Positions 20,938 to 32,800 of a stretch of 64,000 nucleotides of DNA are shown piece by piece. The notes beneath the pieces are model-generated. The model was not told the DNA's origin and did no database searches. It saw only the letters and a program-made list of their open reading frames with translations. Each line of letters opens with the position of its first letter. Within the stretch, counting starts at the first letter, position 1. The stretch is from Nemertoderma westbladi (Eukaryota > Animalia > Xenacoelomorpha). The stretch covers positions 62,001 to 126,000 of the forward strand of contig JAUCBJ010007696.1 of NCBI GenBank assembly GCA_032718475.1, in the 5' to 3' direction. The translations under genes and the position numbers were made by a program.

Positions 20938-23391
20938 CTAGTGACGGGCCTAGCGGCCCGATAAGGAACCGACTTTTTATTTTAAATAAAAGAGACAACG
21001 AGAATTAGTATAGAACTAATAATTATGTAAAAATACAATCATATTTCATACAATAATTATTAATAAATTCGATCTATTATTAGTTGCTCAATTCTAGAAC
21101 AAAATCGACCTGCAACTAGTGAAGACCTCGTTTTGGAATTTAGAAACCACGCTGGTGCGATGCGCGATATCGTTTTTAGTTAATAAATTGAAAACTCCAT
21201 CAATTCATGTGCAACCAGTAATAAGAAATCGCGATAAATGTAATTAAATAAAAATTATTCTAGAAAAATTTTCCTCAAAAAGTATGAAGTCTTGTCATTG
21301 GTGACGCGAAACTAGGCTAATGAGATTCAGGATATTGCGTTTAATATAAAAATCGAAAACGCTATCGAATTCCGTAAAGGCGTTAATAAAATACTGCAAC
21401 TTTTTTGAAATTTGTAAAATTCTAGAACTAGAAAAAATTAAATTTTGAACGGCGCTGTTTGGGGTTTCGAAACATGGATAGGCTGAAAGAGGACATCGAA
21501 TTAAGTTGAAAAATGAAAACCCCATCGAATTTGGACAACGCGTTCCGGAGTTATAGCGGATCGAAAAAAGTTGACCCCCCCCCCCCCCAGTCGCCAAAAA
21601 TTTACAGTAATTTAAAATTTTGCAAAAAAAATTTTTTGCGTTATTTTTGATGGCGAATCGATTGGCAGTACTGGCTACGAAAAAATTTTTTTTGAAATTT
21701 TTGGTCAGAAAAAAAAACATGGAAAAAGTATATTTGTGGCTGGCCACGAGAAAAGGGACCTTATGTCGCAAAACCTGATTCTGAGATAATCGCGTTTAAA
21801 GTTTCCCTCTATTTTTGAACAAATTTAATTGGATTATCAATTTAGAAATGTATAAAACGATGAGGGAAATTCAAATTGGTTCTGATATTCAATATACCTA
21901 GGAAATAACTAATTACGGGAAGCAATATAAGATGTTGCAGTGTTGTATATAACACTGTCTTAGGGTTTTCATGTCTTAATTTAGGACTGTAATAAATTGT
22001 AATTGTACTACTGTAATATGTAGGTACTGTAGGCCTACAGTTATTTTTTAAATGCAATATGGCTGTCATTTTCTTAATTAATCTTCGTTAGTTCTTACAT
22101 TTTGTAATCCCAATAAAGAATTCAAAATACAAATAATTTTAAATTTTGTTAAAAAAATTTATCTTTTTGAAAAAATTTTAAATTAAAAAAAAAATTTTTT
22201 GGTTTCATGTTTTTATGAAAATTTTGCAATATTTTTGTTAAAATAGTTCATGAACAATATTAGTTTCAAATTGTTAAAAGTTGTATAAAAAGCCGAATAA
22301 CATTGAGCTGCCTAACTATATAGTAAGAATTGTTATGATATTATTAATATTTTCCATTTTTTTTTAATAATCGCTTATTACAGTATAACCGCTATTAATA
22401 AAATTTTTTTTGCTACCCGATTCACCTTGACATAAATCGCTATAACTTTTTTTTGGAAATAGATATTGAGACACCGTTTTTTTTGTTAAAATCTCTGGAA
22501 AATTCTGCATCTCATAGGCCTAATAACTCAAAATCGACATCCGGTGACATAAGGTCCCTTTTCTCGTGGCCAGCCACATTTTTAAAAAGATTTCATGTCT
22601 TTGCCTATGGTCAGAGAATGATCCAACTCTGTAACTTGGCAATCGCTCAAATCCATTCAGCTGAATGGCACAGTAGAGTAAACTAAAGTAAATTCCCTAT
22701 ACAATGTTCTGAAGGGGAGACTGATCCAACAATAAAACATTTTCTGAAGGGGAGACTGACAGAGAGTAATCAAACAATAAAACATTTTGCAATAATGTTG
22801 GCATTAATGTAGCCGATACACTGTATACCTAATAGTCATTCAGCAGGGGGAAGAGTTATTCAGCTGAGGCGGTAATAGATTGCAAACTAAACCAACCAGT
22901 TGGCAGCCTCATCGATTTATACTAAGCCTGTGTAGAACCACAAACTAAATCAACCAGTTAATATTTGCTTTGACAAGAGTGTCCTAGGGCCTAAACAAAC
23001 AGTATGGGTGTACTAAGTACAATAATCTTGGCAACCTCATCGATTTATACTAAGCCTTGTGTAGAAATGCATTACATAAGCCATTTTTCATCAGGACACC
23101 AGCTGTCATTGGTGTTATTTTACCATTGCGCCTATGGCGTTTTTTCGTTTATGTCTATTTTTCGAGCCCACGGCTCATGGACGAAATAGCGAAACATACC
23201 AGGGACCTTAGAATCGCGGTATCTAGCCGCTGTGAAAATTTCATCAAAATCGTTAGAGTAGTTTTGGCTGTAGATCAGCCAGCCAGTCTCGAGCAATTCT
23301 TACAGTAATGAACCTCTCGGTTTAGTTTTGGCTGTAGATCAGCCAGCCAGTCTCGAGCAATTCTTACAGTAATGAACCTCTCGGTTCCTAA
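20938..23391 (-). mobile_element. HINE/Helentron-like unit A1 (long form)
   Basis: Minus-strand 3' end is hairpin GGGCC-GCTA-GGCCC followed by CTAG; subTIR pair AGGAACCGA/TCGGTTCCT; (CCAG)n microsatellite next to CGATTTTGATGAAATTTT. A 63-bp terminal duplication lies at about 23260-23386. Confidence 0.85.
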
Positions 23392-24916
23392 CTAGTGACG
23401 GGCCTAGCGGCCCGATAAGGAACCGACTTTTTATTTCAAATAAAAGAGACAACGAGAATTAGTATAGAACTAATAATTATGTAAAAATACAATCATATTT
23501 CATACAATAATTATTAATAATTTCGATCTATTATTAGTTGCTCAATTCTAGAACAAAATCGACCTGCAACTAGTGAAGACCTCGTTTTGGAATTTCGAAA
23601 CCACGCTGGTGCGATGCGCGATATCGTGTTTAGTTAATGAATTGAAAACTCCATCAGTTCATGTGCAACCAGTAATAAGAAATCGCGATAAATGTAATTA
23701 AATAAAAATTATTCTAGAAAAATTTTCCTCAAAAAGTATGAAGTCTTGGCATTGGTGACGCGAAACTAGGCTAGTGAGATTCAGGATATTGCGTTTAATA
23801 TAAAAATAGAAAACGCAATCGAATTCCGTAAAGGCGTTAATAAAATACTGCAACTTTTTTGAAATTTGTAAAATTCTAGAACTAGAAAAAAATAATTTTT
23901 GAACGGCGCTGTTTGGGGTTTCGAAACATGGATAGGCTGAAAGAGGACATCGAATTAAGTTGAAAAATGAAAACCCCATCGAATTTGGACAAAGCGTTCC
24001 GGAGTTATAGCGGATCGAAAAAAATTTACCCCCCCCCAGTCGCCAAAAATTTACAGTAATTTAAAATTTTGCAAAAAAAATTTTTTGCGTTATTTTTGAT
24101 GGCGAATCGATTGGCAGTACTGGCTACGAAAATTTTTTTTTGAAATTTTTGGTCAGAAAAAAAAACATGGAAAAAGTATATTTTTTAAAAGATTTGATGT
24201 CTTTGCCTATGGTCAGAGAATGATCCAACTCTGTAACTTGGCAATCGCTCAAATCCATTCAGCTGAATGGCACAGTAGAGTAAACTAAAGTAAATTCCCT
24301 ATACAATGTTCTGAAGGGGTGACTGACAGAGAGTAATCCAACAATAAAACATTTTGCAATAATGTTGGCATTAATGTAGCCAACTCACTGTGTACGTAAC
24401 AGTCATTCAGCTTACATTAGCAGAGTGAGATATTCCCATAGATGGCATTGGGAAGAGTAATTCAGCTGAGGCGATATTAGATTTCAAACTAAACCAACCA
24501 GTTAATAATGTTTGCTTTGACAGAGAGTGGTGGCCTATACAAACAGTATGGGTGTACTGAGTATAATAATCTTGGCAACCTCATCGATTTATTACTAAGC
24601 CTTCTGTAGAAATGCATTACATAAGCCATTTTTCATCAGGACACCAGCTGTCATTGGTGTTATTTTACCATTGCGCCTATGGCGTTTTTTCGTTTATGTC
24701 CATTTTTCGAGCCCACGGCTCATGGACGAAATAGCGGAACATACCAGGGACCTTAGAATCGCGGTATCTAGCCGCTGTGAAAATTTCATCAAAAGAATCG
24801 CGGTATCTAGCCGCTGTGAAAATTTCATCAAAATCGTTAGAGTAGTTTTGGCTGTAGATCAGTCAGTCAGCCAGTCAGCTAACAATTCTTACAGTAATGA
24901 ACCTCTCGGTTCCTAA
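23392..24916 (-). mobile_element. HINE/Helentron-like unit A2
   Basis: Same termini as A1, joined head-to-tail at CCT-AA-CTAG; lacks the segment 21735-22578. Confidence 0.85.
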
Positions 24917-26410
24917 CTAGTGACGGGCCTAGCGGCCCGATAAGGAACCGACTTTTTATTTCAAATAAAAGAGACAACGAGAATTATTATAGAACTAATA
25001 ATTATGTAAAAATACAATCATATTTCATACAATAATTATTAATAAATTCGATCTATTATTAGTTACTCAATTCTAGAACAAAATCGACCTGCAACTAGTG
25101 AAGACCTCGTTTTGGAATTTCGAAACCACGCTGGTGCGATGCGCGATATCGTGTTTAGTTAATAAATTGAAAACTCCATCAATTCATGTGCAACCAGTAA
25201 TAAGAAATCGCGATAAATGTAATTAAATAAAAATTATTCTAGAAAAATTTTCCTCAAAAAATATGAAGTCTTGGCGTTGGTGACGCGAAACTAGGCTAGT
25301 GAGATTCAGGATATTGCGTTTAATATAAAAATCGAAAACGCTATCGAATTCCGTAAAGCCGTTAATAAAATACTGCAACTTTTTTGAAATTTGTAAAATT
25401 CTCGAACTGGAAAAAATTAATTTTTGAACGGCGCTGTTTGTGGTTTGGAAACATGGATAGGCTGAAAGAGGACATCGAATTAAGTTGAAAAATGAAAACC
25501 CCATCGAATTTGGACAAAGCGTTCCGGAGTTATAGCGGATCGAAAAAAATTGACCCCCCCCCAGTCGCCAAAAATTTACAGTAATTTAAAATTTTGCAAA
25601 AAAAATTTTTTGCGTTATTTTTGATGGCGAATCGATTGGCAGTACTGGCTACGAAAAATTTTTTTTTGAAATTTTTGGTCAGAAAAAAAAACATGGAAAA
25701 AGTATATTTTTAAAAAGATTTGATGTCTTTGCCTATGGTCAGAGAATGATCCAACTCTGTAACATGGCAATCGCTCAAATCCATTCAGCTGAATGGCACA
25801 GTAGAGTAAACTAAAGTAAATTCCCTATACAATGTTCTGAAGGGGTGACTGACAGAGAGTAATCCAACAATAAAACATTTTGCAATAATGTTGGCATTAA
25901 TGTAGCCAACTCACTGTGTACGTAACAGTCATTCAGCTTACATTAGCAGAGTGAGATATTCCCATAGATTGCATTGGGAAGAGTAATTCAGCTGAGGCGA
26001 TATTAGATTTCAAACTAAACCAACCAGTTAATAATGTTTGCTTTGACAGAGAGTGGTGGCCTATACAAACAGTATGGGTGTACTGAGTATAATAATCTTG
26101 GCAACCTCATCGATTTATTACTAAGCCTTCTGTAGAAATGCATTACATAAGCCATTTTTCATCACGACACCAGCTGTTATTGGTGTTATTTTACCATTGC
26201 GCCTATGGCGTTTTTTCGTTTATGTCTATTTTTCGAGCCCACGGCTCATGGACGAAATAGCGGAACATACCAGGGACCTTATAATCGCGGTATCTAGATG
26301 CTGTGAAAATTTCATCAAAATCGTTAGAGTAGTTTTGGCTGTAGATCAGTCAGTCAGCCAGCCAGCCAGTCTCGAGCAATTCTTACAGTAATGAACCTCT
26401 CGGTTCCTAA
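24917..26410 (-). mobile_element. HINE/Helentron-like unit A3
   Basis: Near-identical to A2, with the same junction. Confidence 0.85.
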
Positions 26411-27521
26411 CTAGAGACGGCGTCAAGACGCCGTTAAGCAAGTCGGAAGTCATCAATCAAATATAAATTCCCTCAACAATGTTTACCTATGGTCAGAATG
26501 GAAGGGCTATTTACCTATGGTCAGAGAGAGATCCCACTCTGTAATTTGGCAATTGCTCAAATTCATTCAGTTGAATGGCACAGTAGAGTGAACTAAACTA
26601 AATTCCCTCAACAATGTTTGGCTATGGTCTGAAAGAACTAACAGTCATTCAGCTTGCACAATGTCAATCACCTACAGTATAAAACATTTAGAATGCCACA
26701 GTGTGTATCCTGATACAGATAATAAGCAGTGATATATATATTTCAAACTATAATGTTAGTGTTAGCCTTACACAGTATCAGTATGAGGCTGAGTAAACAT
26801 TCCACCTTATAAGCATACTGCCTCCACAGAATTAATGTTGGCCGAAAGATTTAAAAATAAAACAATTATTATTATAAATACAGTGCAATCCAATAGTACC
26901 CAACACACTGTGTAACTAACAGTCAATCAGCTTACACGTCAATTAACATAGAAGAGAGAGTAACCTTGTAGATCGCCATAGAAAGCATTGGGAAGAGTTA
27001 TTCAGCTGAGGCTGTAATAGCCGGCTAACCCAGTGAATGATTATAAAGTTGGCACTGTATGTACTTCCTTGTTAGGTGGCTCCCTATAGAATAGCAAACC
27101 AACCAGTTGATGTTTGTTTGCACAGAGTGGTTGGTAGGGCCTAAACAAACAGTATGGGTGTACTGAGTACAATAATCTTGGCAACCTCATCGATTTATAC
27201 TAAGCCTTGTGTAGAATTGCATTACATAAGCCATTTTCCATCAGAACACCAGCTGTCATGGGTGTTATTTTACCATTGCGCCTATGGCGTTTTTTTCGTT
27301 TATCTCTATTTTTCGAGCCCAGAGGCTATGGACGGAGTAGCCGATCATGCCAGGGACCTTAGAATCGCGGTATCTAGATGCTGTGAAAATTTCATCAAAA
27401 TCGTTAGAGTAGTTTTGGCTGTAGATCAGCCAGCCAGCCAGCCAGCCAGTCAGCCAGCCAGCCAGCCAGCCAGTCAGTCAGTCAACAATTCTTACAGTAA
27501 TCAAGTCTAACGACTTGCTAA
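26411..27521 (-). mobile_element. HINE/Helentron-like unit B1
   Basis: CTAG plus hairpin ACGGCGTC-AA-GACGCCGT; subTIR pair AGCAAGTCG/CGACTTGCT; (CCAG/TCAG)n; shares a 5' core with the A units. Confidence 0.85.
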
Positions 27522-28629
27522 CTAGAGACGGCGTCAAGACGCCGTTAAGCAAGTCGGAAGTCATCAATCAAATATAAATTCCCTCAACAATGTTTACCTA
27601 TGGTCAGAATGGAAGGGCTATTTACCTATGGTCAGAGAGAGATCCCACTCTGTAATTTGGCAATTGCTCAAATTCATTCAGTTGAATGGCACAGTAGAGT
27701 GAACTAAACTAAATTCCCTCAACAATGTTTGGCTATGGTCTGAAAGAACTAACAGTCATTCAGCTTGCACAATGTCAATCACCTACAGTATAAAACATTT
27801 AGAATGCCACAGTGTGTATCCTGATACAGATAATAAGCAGTGATATATATATTTCAAACTATAATGTTAGTGTTAGCCTTACACAGTATCAGTATGAGGC
27901 TGAGTAAACATTCCACCTTATAAGCATACTGCCTCCACAGAATTAATGTTGGCCGAAAGATTTAAAAATAAAACAATTATTATTATAAATACAGTGCAAT
28001 CCAATAGTGCCCAACACACTGTGTAACTAACAGTCAATCAGCTTACACGTCAATTAACATAGAAGAGAGAGTAACCTTGTAGATCGCCATAGAAAGCATT
28101 GGGAAGAGTTATTCAGCTGAGGCTGTAATAGCCGGCTAACCCAGTGAATGATTATAAAGTTGGCACTGTATGTACTTCCTTGTTAGGTGGCTCCCTATAG
28201 AATAGCAAACCAACCAGTTGATGTTTGTTTGCACAGAGTGGTTGGTAGGGCCTAAACAAACAGTATGGGTGTACTAAGTATAATACTCTTGGCAACCTCA
28301 TCTATTTAATACTAAGCCTTGTGTAGAATTGCATTACATAAGTCATTTTTCATCAGGACACCAGCTGTCATGGGTGTTATTTTACCATTGCGCCTATGGC
28401 GTTTTTTTCGTTTATCTCTATTTTTCGAGCCCAGAGGCTATGGACGGAGTAGCCGATCATGCCAGGGACCTTAGAATCGCGGTATCTAGATGCTGTGAAA
28501 ATTTCATCAAAATCGTTAGAGTAGTTTTGGCTGTAGATCAGCCAGCCAGCCAGCCAGCCAGTCAGCCAGCCAGCCAGCCAGTCAGTCAGTCAACAATTCT
28601 TACAGTAATCAAGTCTAACGACTTGCTAA
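27522..28629 (-). mobile_element. HINE/Helentron-like unit B2
   Basis: Near-identical tandem copy of B1. Confidence 0.85.
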
Positions 28630-29211
28630 TAATGTTAGCCTTATGGAGAATCATTATGAGGCTGAGTAAACTTTCAGCCATATAAGCATACAGCCTCCAC
28701 AGTATTAATGTTGGCACAAAGATTTCAAAATAAAAAGAAGTCAATTTAGCTTGCACGTAAATTAATTAACATAGCAAGGATGCATTGGGAAGAGTTATTC
28801 AGCTGAGAATGTAATAGCCAGCTACACCAGTTAATGTTTTTTTTTTATTACTGTCTGGGTTGTAGTAGAATAGAGTGATAATAAAACTTGGCAGAGAAAG
28901 TACTTCTTTGTTAGTTTCCCTTCCTATTTAATGCATTACCAGGCCATCTCTATACATTTTTCATTAGTGCCAGCTGGTGTTTTATCATTGCGCCTATGGC
29001 AATTTCGTGTTTTGGGGCTATTTTTCGTAATAAAACAATTTGAGATATTTCAATTTAAACCGCGATTTCACAAGTACCCATAGAAATCTATTTTCATGGT
29101 CCATGAAAAATATCATCAAAATAGCGCCGTTTTTGCTCTAGGTCAGTAGTCTGTAGCCAGTAGTCAGTAGCTTTTTTTTTCTTACAGTAATCAAGTCTAA
29201 CGACTTGCTAA
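28630..29211 (-). mobile_element. Older, diverged partial B-type HINE
   Basis: Diverged B-like body ending in CTTACAGTAATCAAGTCTAACGACTTGCTAA. A matching CTAG/hairpin/AGCAAGTCG end occurs at 19462-19496. Confidence 0.7.
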
Positions 29212-29531
29212 TTATATCCAGCATGTCAATGAGTATCAATAATTAAATGTAATATGTATTTAAAAATTAAATGTCAACTCCAGTTACAAATTAAAATCAA
29301 TTTACAATGAATTTACAAATTCAGTTCTATATCAATTTTGTTCCCCCGAACCACCACTACTGTTTCCAATACCAATTTCAATTATGGCATCATAATGTTC
29401 ATGGATTTAAAGAGTTCTCTGCAAAATTGAAAAAATTCAAAACTCCAGCTTCCGATGCCTTTTCAACAAGCGAACAAAATATATATAGCCCTGGAACGGA
29501 ATTAATTAAGGACAAAAACAAAAATACCAAC

Positions 29532-29596
29532 TATCGCCGCATATCGTAAATAATTGCCACATAATATGTGGCAATTATTTACGATATGCGTCGATA
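29532..29596. other. Near-perfect palindrome (26-bp perfect arms, 1-nt spacer) at the satellite boundary
   Basis: CGCATATCGTAAATAATTGCCACATA-A-TATGTGGCAATTATTTACGATATGCG (29538-29590), extendable by TATCG/CGATA after one mismatch. Confidence 0.95.
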
Positions 29597-29597
29597 T

Positions 29598-29884
29598 ATA
29601 AACCAATCAGATTAATGTTCAGTTTACTCTGTTAGACAGGGAGTGTAGGGGACTGGAATAAATAAACCAATCAGATTAATGTTCAGTTTACTCTATTAGA
29701 GCGGGAGTGTAGGGGACTGGAATAAATAAACCAATCAGATTAATGTTCAGTTTACTCTATTAGAGCGGGAGTGTAGGGGACTGTGACTGGAATAAATAAA
29801 CCAATCAGATTAATGTTCAGTTTACTCTATTAGAACGGGAGTGTAGGGGACTGTGACTGGAATAAATAAACCAATCAGATTAAT
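29598..29884 (-). repeat. Inverted head of the satellite (about 4.3 monomers)
   Basis: AACCAATCAG at 29601, 29665, 29729, 29799 and 29869, in reverse complement relative to the main array. Confidence 0.95.
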
Positions 29885-32800
29885 CCCACTCTAATAGAGT
29901 AAACTGAACATTAATCTGATTGGTTTATTTATTCCAGTCACAGTCCCCTACACTCCCGTTCTAATAGAGTAAACTGAACATTAATCTGATTGGTTTATTT
30001 ATTCCAGTCCCCTACACTCCCGTTCTAATAGAGTAAACTGAACATTAATCTGATTGGTTTATTTATTCCAGTCACAGTCCCCTACACTCCCGTTCTAATA
30101 GAGTAAACTGAACATTAATCTGATTGGTTTATTTATTCCAGTCACAGTCCCCTACACTCCCGTTCTAACAGAATAAACTGAACATTAATCTGATTGGTTT
30201 ATTTATTCCAGTCACAGTCCCCTACACTCCCGCTCTAATAGAGTAAACTGAACATTAATCTGGTTGGTTTATTTATTCCAGTCACAGTTCCCTACACTCC
30301 CGTTCTAATAGAGTAAACTGAACATTAATCTGATTGGTTTATTTATTCCAGTCCCCTACACTCCCGCTCTAATAGAGTAAACTGAACATTAATCTGATTG
30401 GTTTATTTATTCCAGTCACAGTCCCCTACACTCCCGTTCTAACAGAATAAACTGAACATTAATCTGATTGGTTTATTTATTCCAGTCACAGTCCCCTACA
30501 CTCCCGTTCTAATAGAGTAAACTGAACATTAATCTGATTGGTTTATTTATTCCAGTCACAGTCCCCTACACTCCCGTTCTAACAGAATAAAATGAACATT
30601 AATCTGATTGGTTTATTTATTCCAGTCACAGTCCCCTACACTCCCGTTCTAATAGAGTAAACTGAACATTAATCTGATTGGTTTATTTATTCCAGTCCCC
30701 TACACTCCCGTTCTAATAGAGTAAACTGAACATTAATCTGATTGGTATATTTATTCCAGTCCTCTACACTCCCGTTCTAATAGAGTAAACTGAACATTAA
30801 TCTGATTGGTTTATTTATTCCAGTCACCTACACTCCCGTTCTAATAGAGTAAACTGAACATTAATCTGATAGGTTTATTTATTCCAGTCACAGTCCCCTA
30901 CACTCCCGTTCTAACAGAGTAAACTGAACATTAATCTGATTGGTTTATTTATTCCAGTCACAGTCCCCTACACTCCCGCTCTAATAGAGTAAACTGAACA
31001 TTAATCTGATTGGTTTATTTATTCCAGTCCCCTACACTCCCGTTCTAATAGAGTAAACTGAACATTAATCTGATTGGTTTATTTATTCCAGTCACAGTCC
31101 CCTACACTCCCGTTCTAATAGAGTAAACTGAACATTAATCTGATAGGTTTATTTATTCCAGTCACAGTCCCATACACTCCCGTTCTAATAGAGTAAACTG
31201 AACATTAATCTGATTGGTTTATTTATTCCAGTTCCCTACACTCCCGTTCTAATAGAGTAAACTGAACATTAATCTGATTGGTTTATTTATTCCAGTCACA
31301 GTCCCATACAGGGCCTACACTCCCGCTCTAATAGAGTAAACAGAACATTAATCTGATTGGTTTATTTATTCCAGTCCCCTACACTCCCGCTCTAATAGAG
31401 TAAACTGAACATTAATCTGATTGGTTTATTTATTCCAGTCCCCTACACTCCCGCTCTAATAGAGTAAACTGAACATTAATCTGATTGGTTTATTTATTCC
31501 AGTCACAGTCCCCTACACTCCCGCTCTAATAGAGTAAACTGAACATTAATCTGATTGGTTTATTTATTCCAGTCCCCTACACTCCCGTTCTAATAGAGTA
31601 AACTGAACATTAATCTGATTGGTTTATTTATTCCAGTCACAGTCCCCTACACTCCCGTTCTAATAGAGTAAACTGAACATTAATCTGATTGGTTTATTTA
31701 TTCCAGTCACAGTCCCCTACACTCCCGTTCTAATAGAGTAAACTGAACATTAATCTGATTGGTTTATTTATTCCAGTCACAGTCCCCTACACTCCCGTTC
31801 TAATAGAGTAAACTGAACATTAATCTGATTGGTTTATTTATTCCAGTCACAGTCCCATACACTCCCGTTCTAATAGAGTAAACTGAACATTAATCTGATT
31901 GGTTTATTTATTCCAGTCCCCTACACTCCCGCTCTAATAGAGTAAACAGAACATTAATCTGATTGGTTTATTTATTCCAGTCCCCTACACTCCCGCTCTA
32001 ATAGAGTAAACTGAACATTAATCTGATTGGTTTATTTATTCCAGTCACAGTCCCCTACACTCCCGTTCTAATAGAGTAAACTGAACATTAATCTGATTGG
32101 TTTATTTATTCCAGTCCCCTACACTCCCGCTCTAATAGAGTAAACAGAACATTAATCTGATTGGTTTATTTATTCCAGTCCCCTACACTCCCGCTCTAAT
32201 AGAGTAAACTGAACATTAATCTGATTGGTTTATTTATTCCAGTCACAGTCCCCTACACTCCCGCTCTAATAGAGTAAACTGAACATTAATCTGATTGGTT
32301 TATTTATTCCAGTCCCCTACACTCCCGTTCTAATAGAGTAAACTGAACATTAATCTGATTGGTTTATTTATTCCAGTCACAGTCCCCTACACTCCCGTTC
32401 TAATAGAGTAAACTGAACATTAATCTGATTGGTTTATTTATTCCAGTCACAGTCCCCTACACTCCCGTTCTAATAGAGTAAACTGAACATTAATCTGATT
32501 GGTTTATTTATTCCAGTCACAGTCCCCTACACTCCCGTTCTAATAGAGTAAACTGAACATTAATCTGATTGGTTTATTTATTCCAGTCCCCTACACTCCC
32601 GCTCTAATAGAGTAAACAGAACATTAATCTGATTGGTTTATTTATTCCAGTCCCCTACACTCCCGTTCTAATAGAGTAAACTGAACATTAATCTGATTGG
32701 TTTATTTATTCCAGTCCCAGTCCCCTACACTCCCGCTCTAATAGAGTAAACTGAACATTAATCTGATTGGTTTATTTATTCCAGTCACAGTCCCCTACAC

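Noticed and set aside
21295-28685. Repeated 60-158 aa ORFs in the HINE array
   Set aside because: Frames are not preserved between copies and there are no Rep or helicase motifs.
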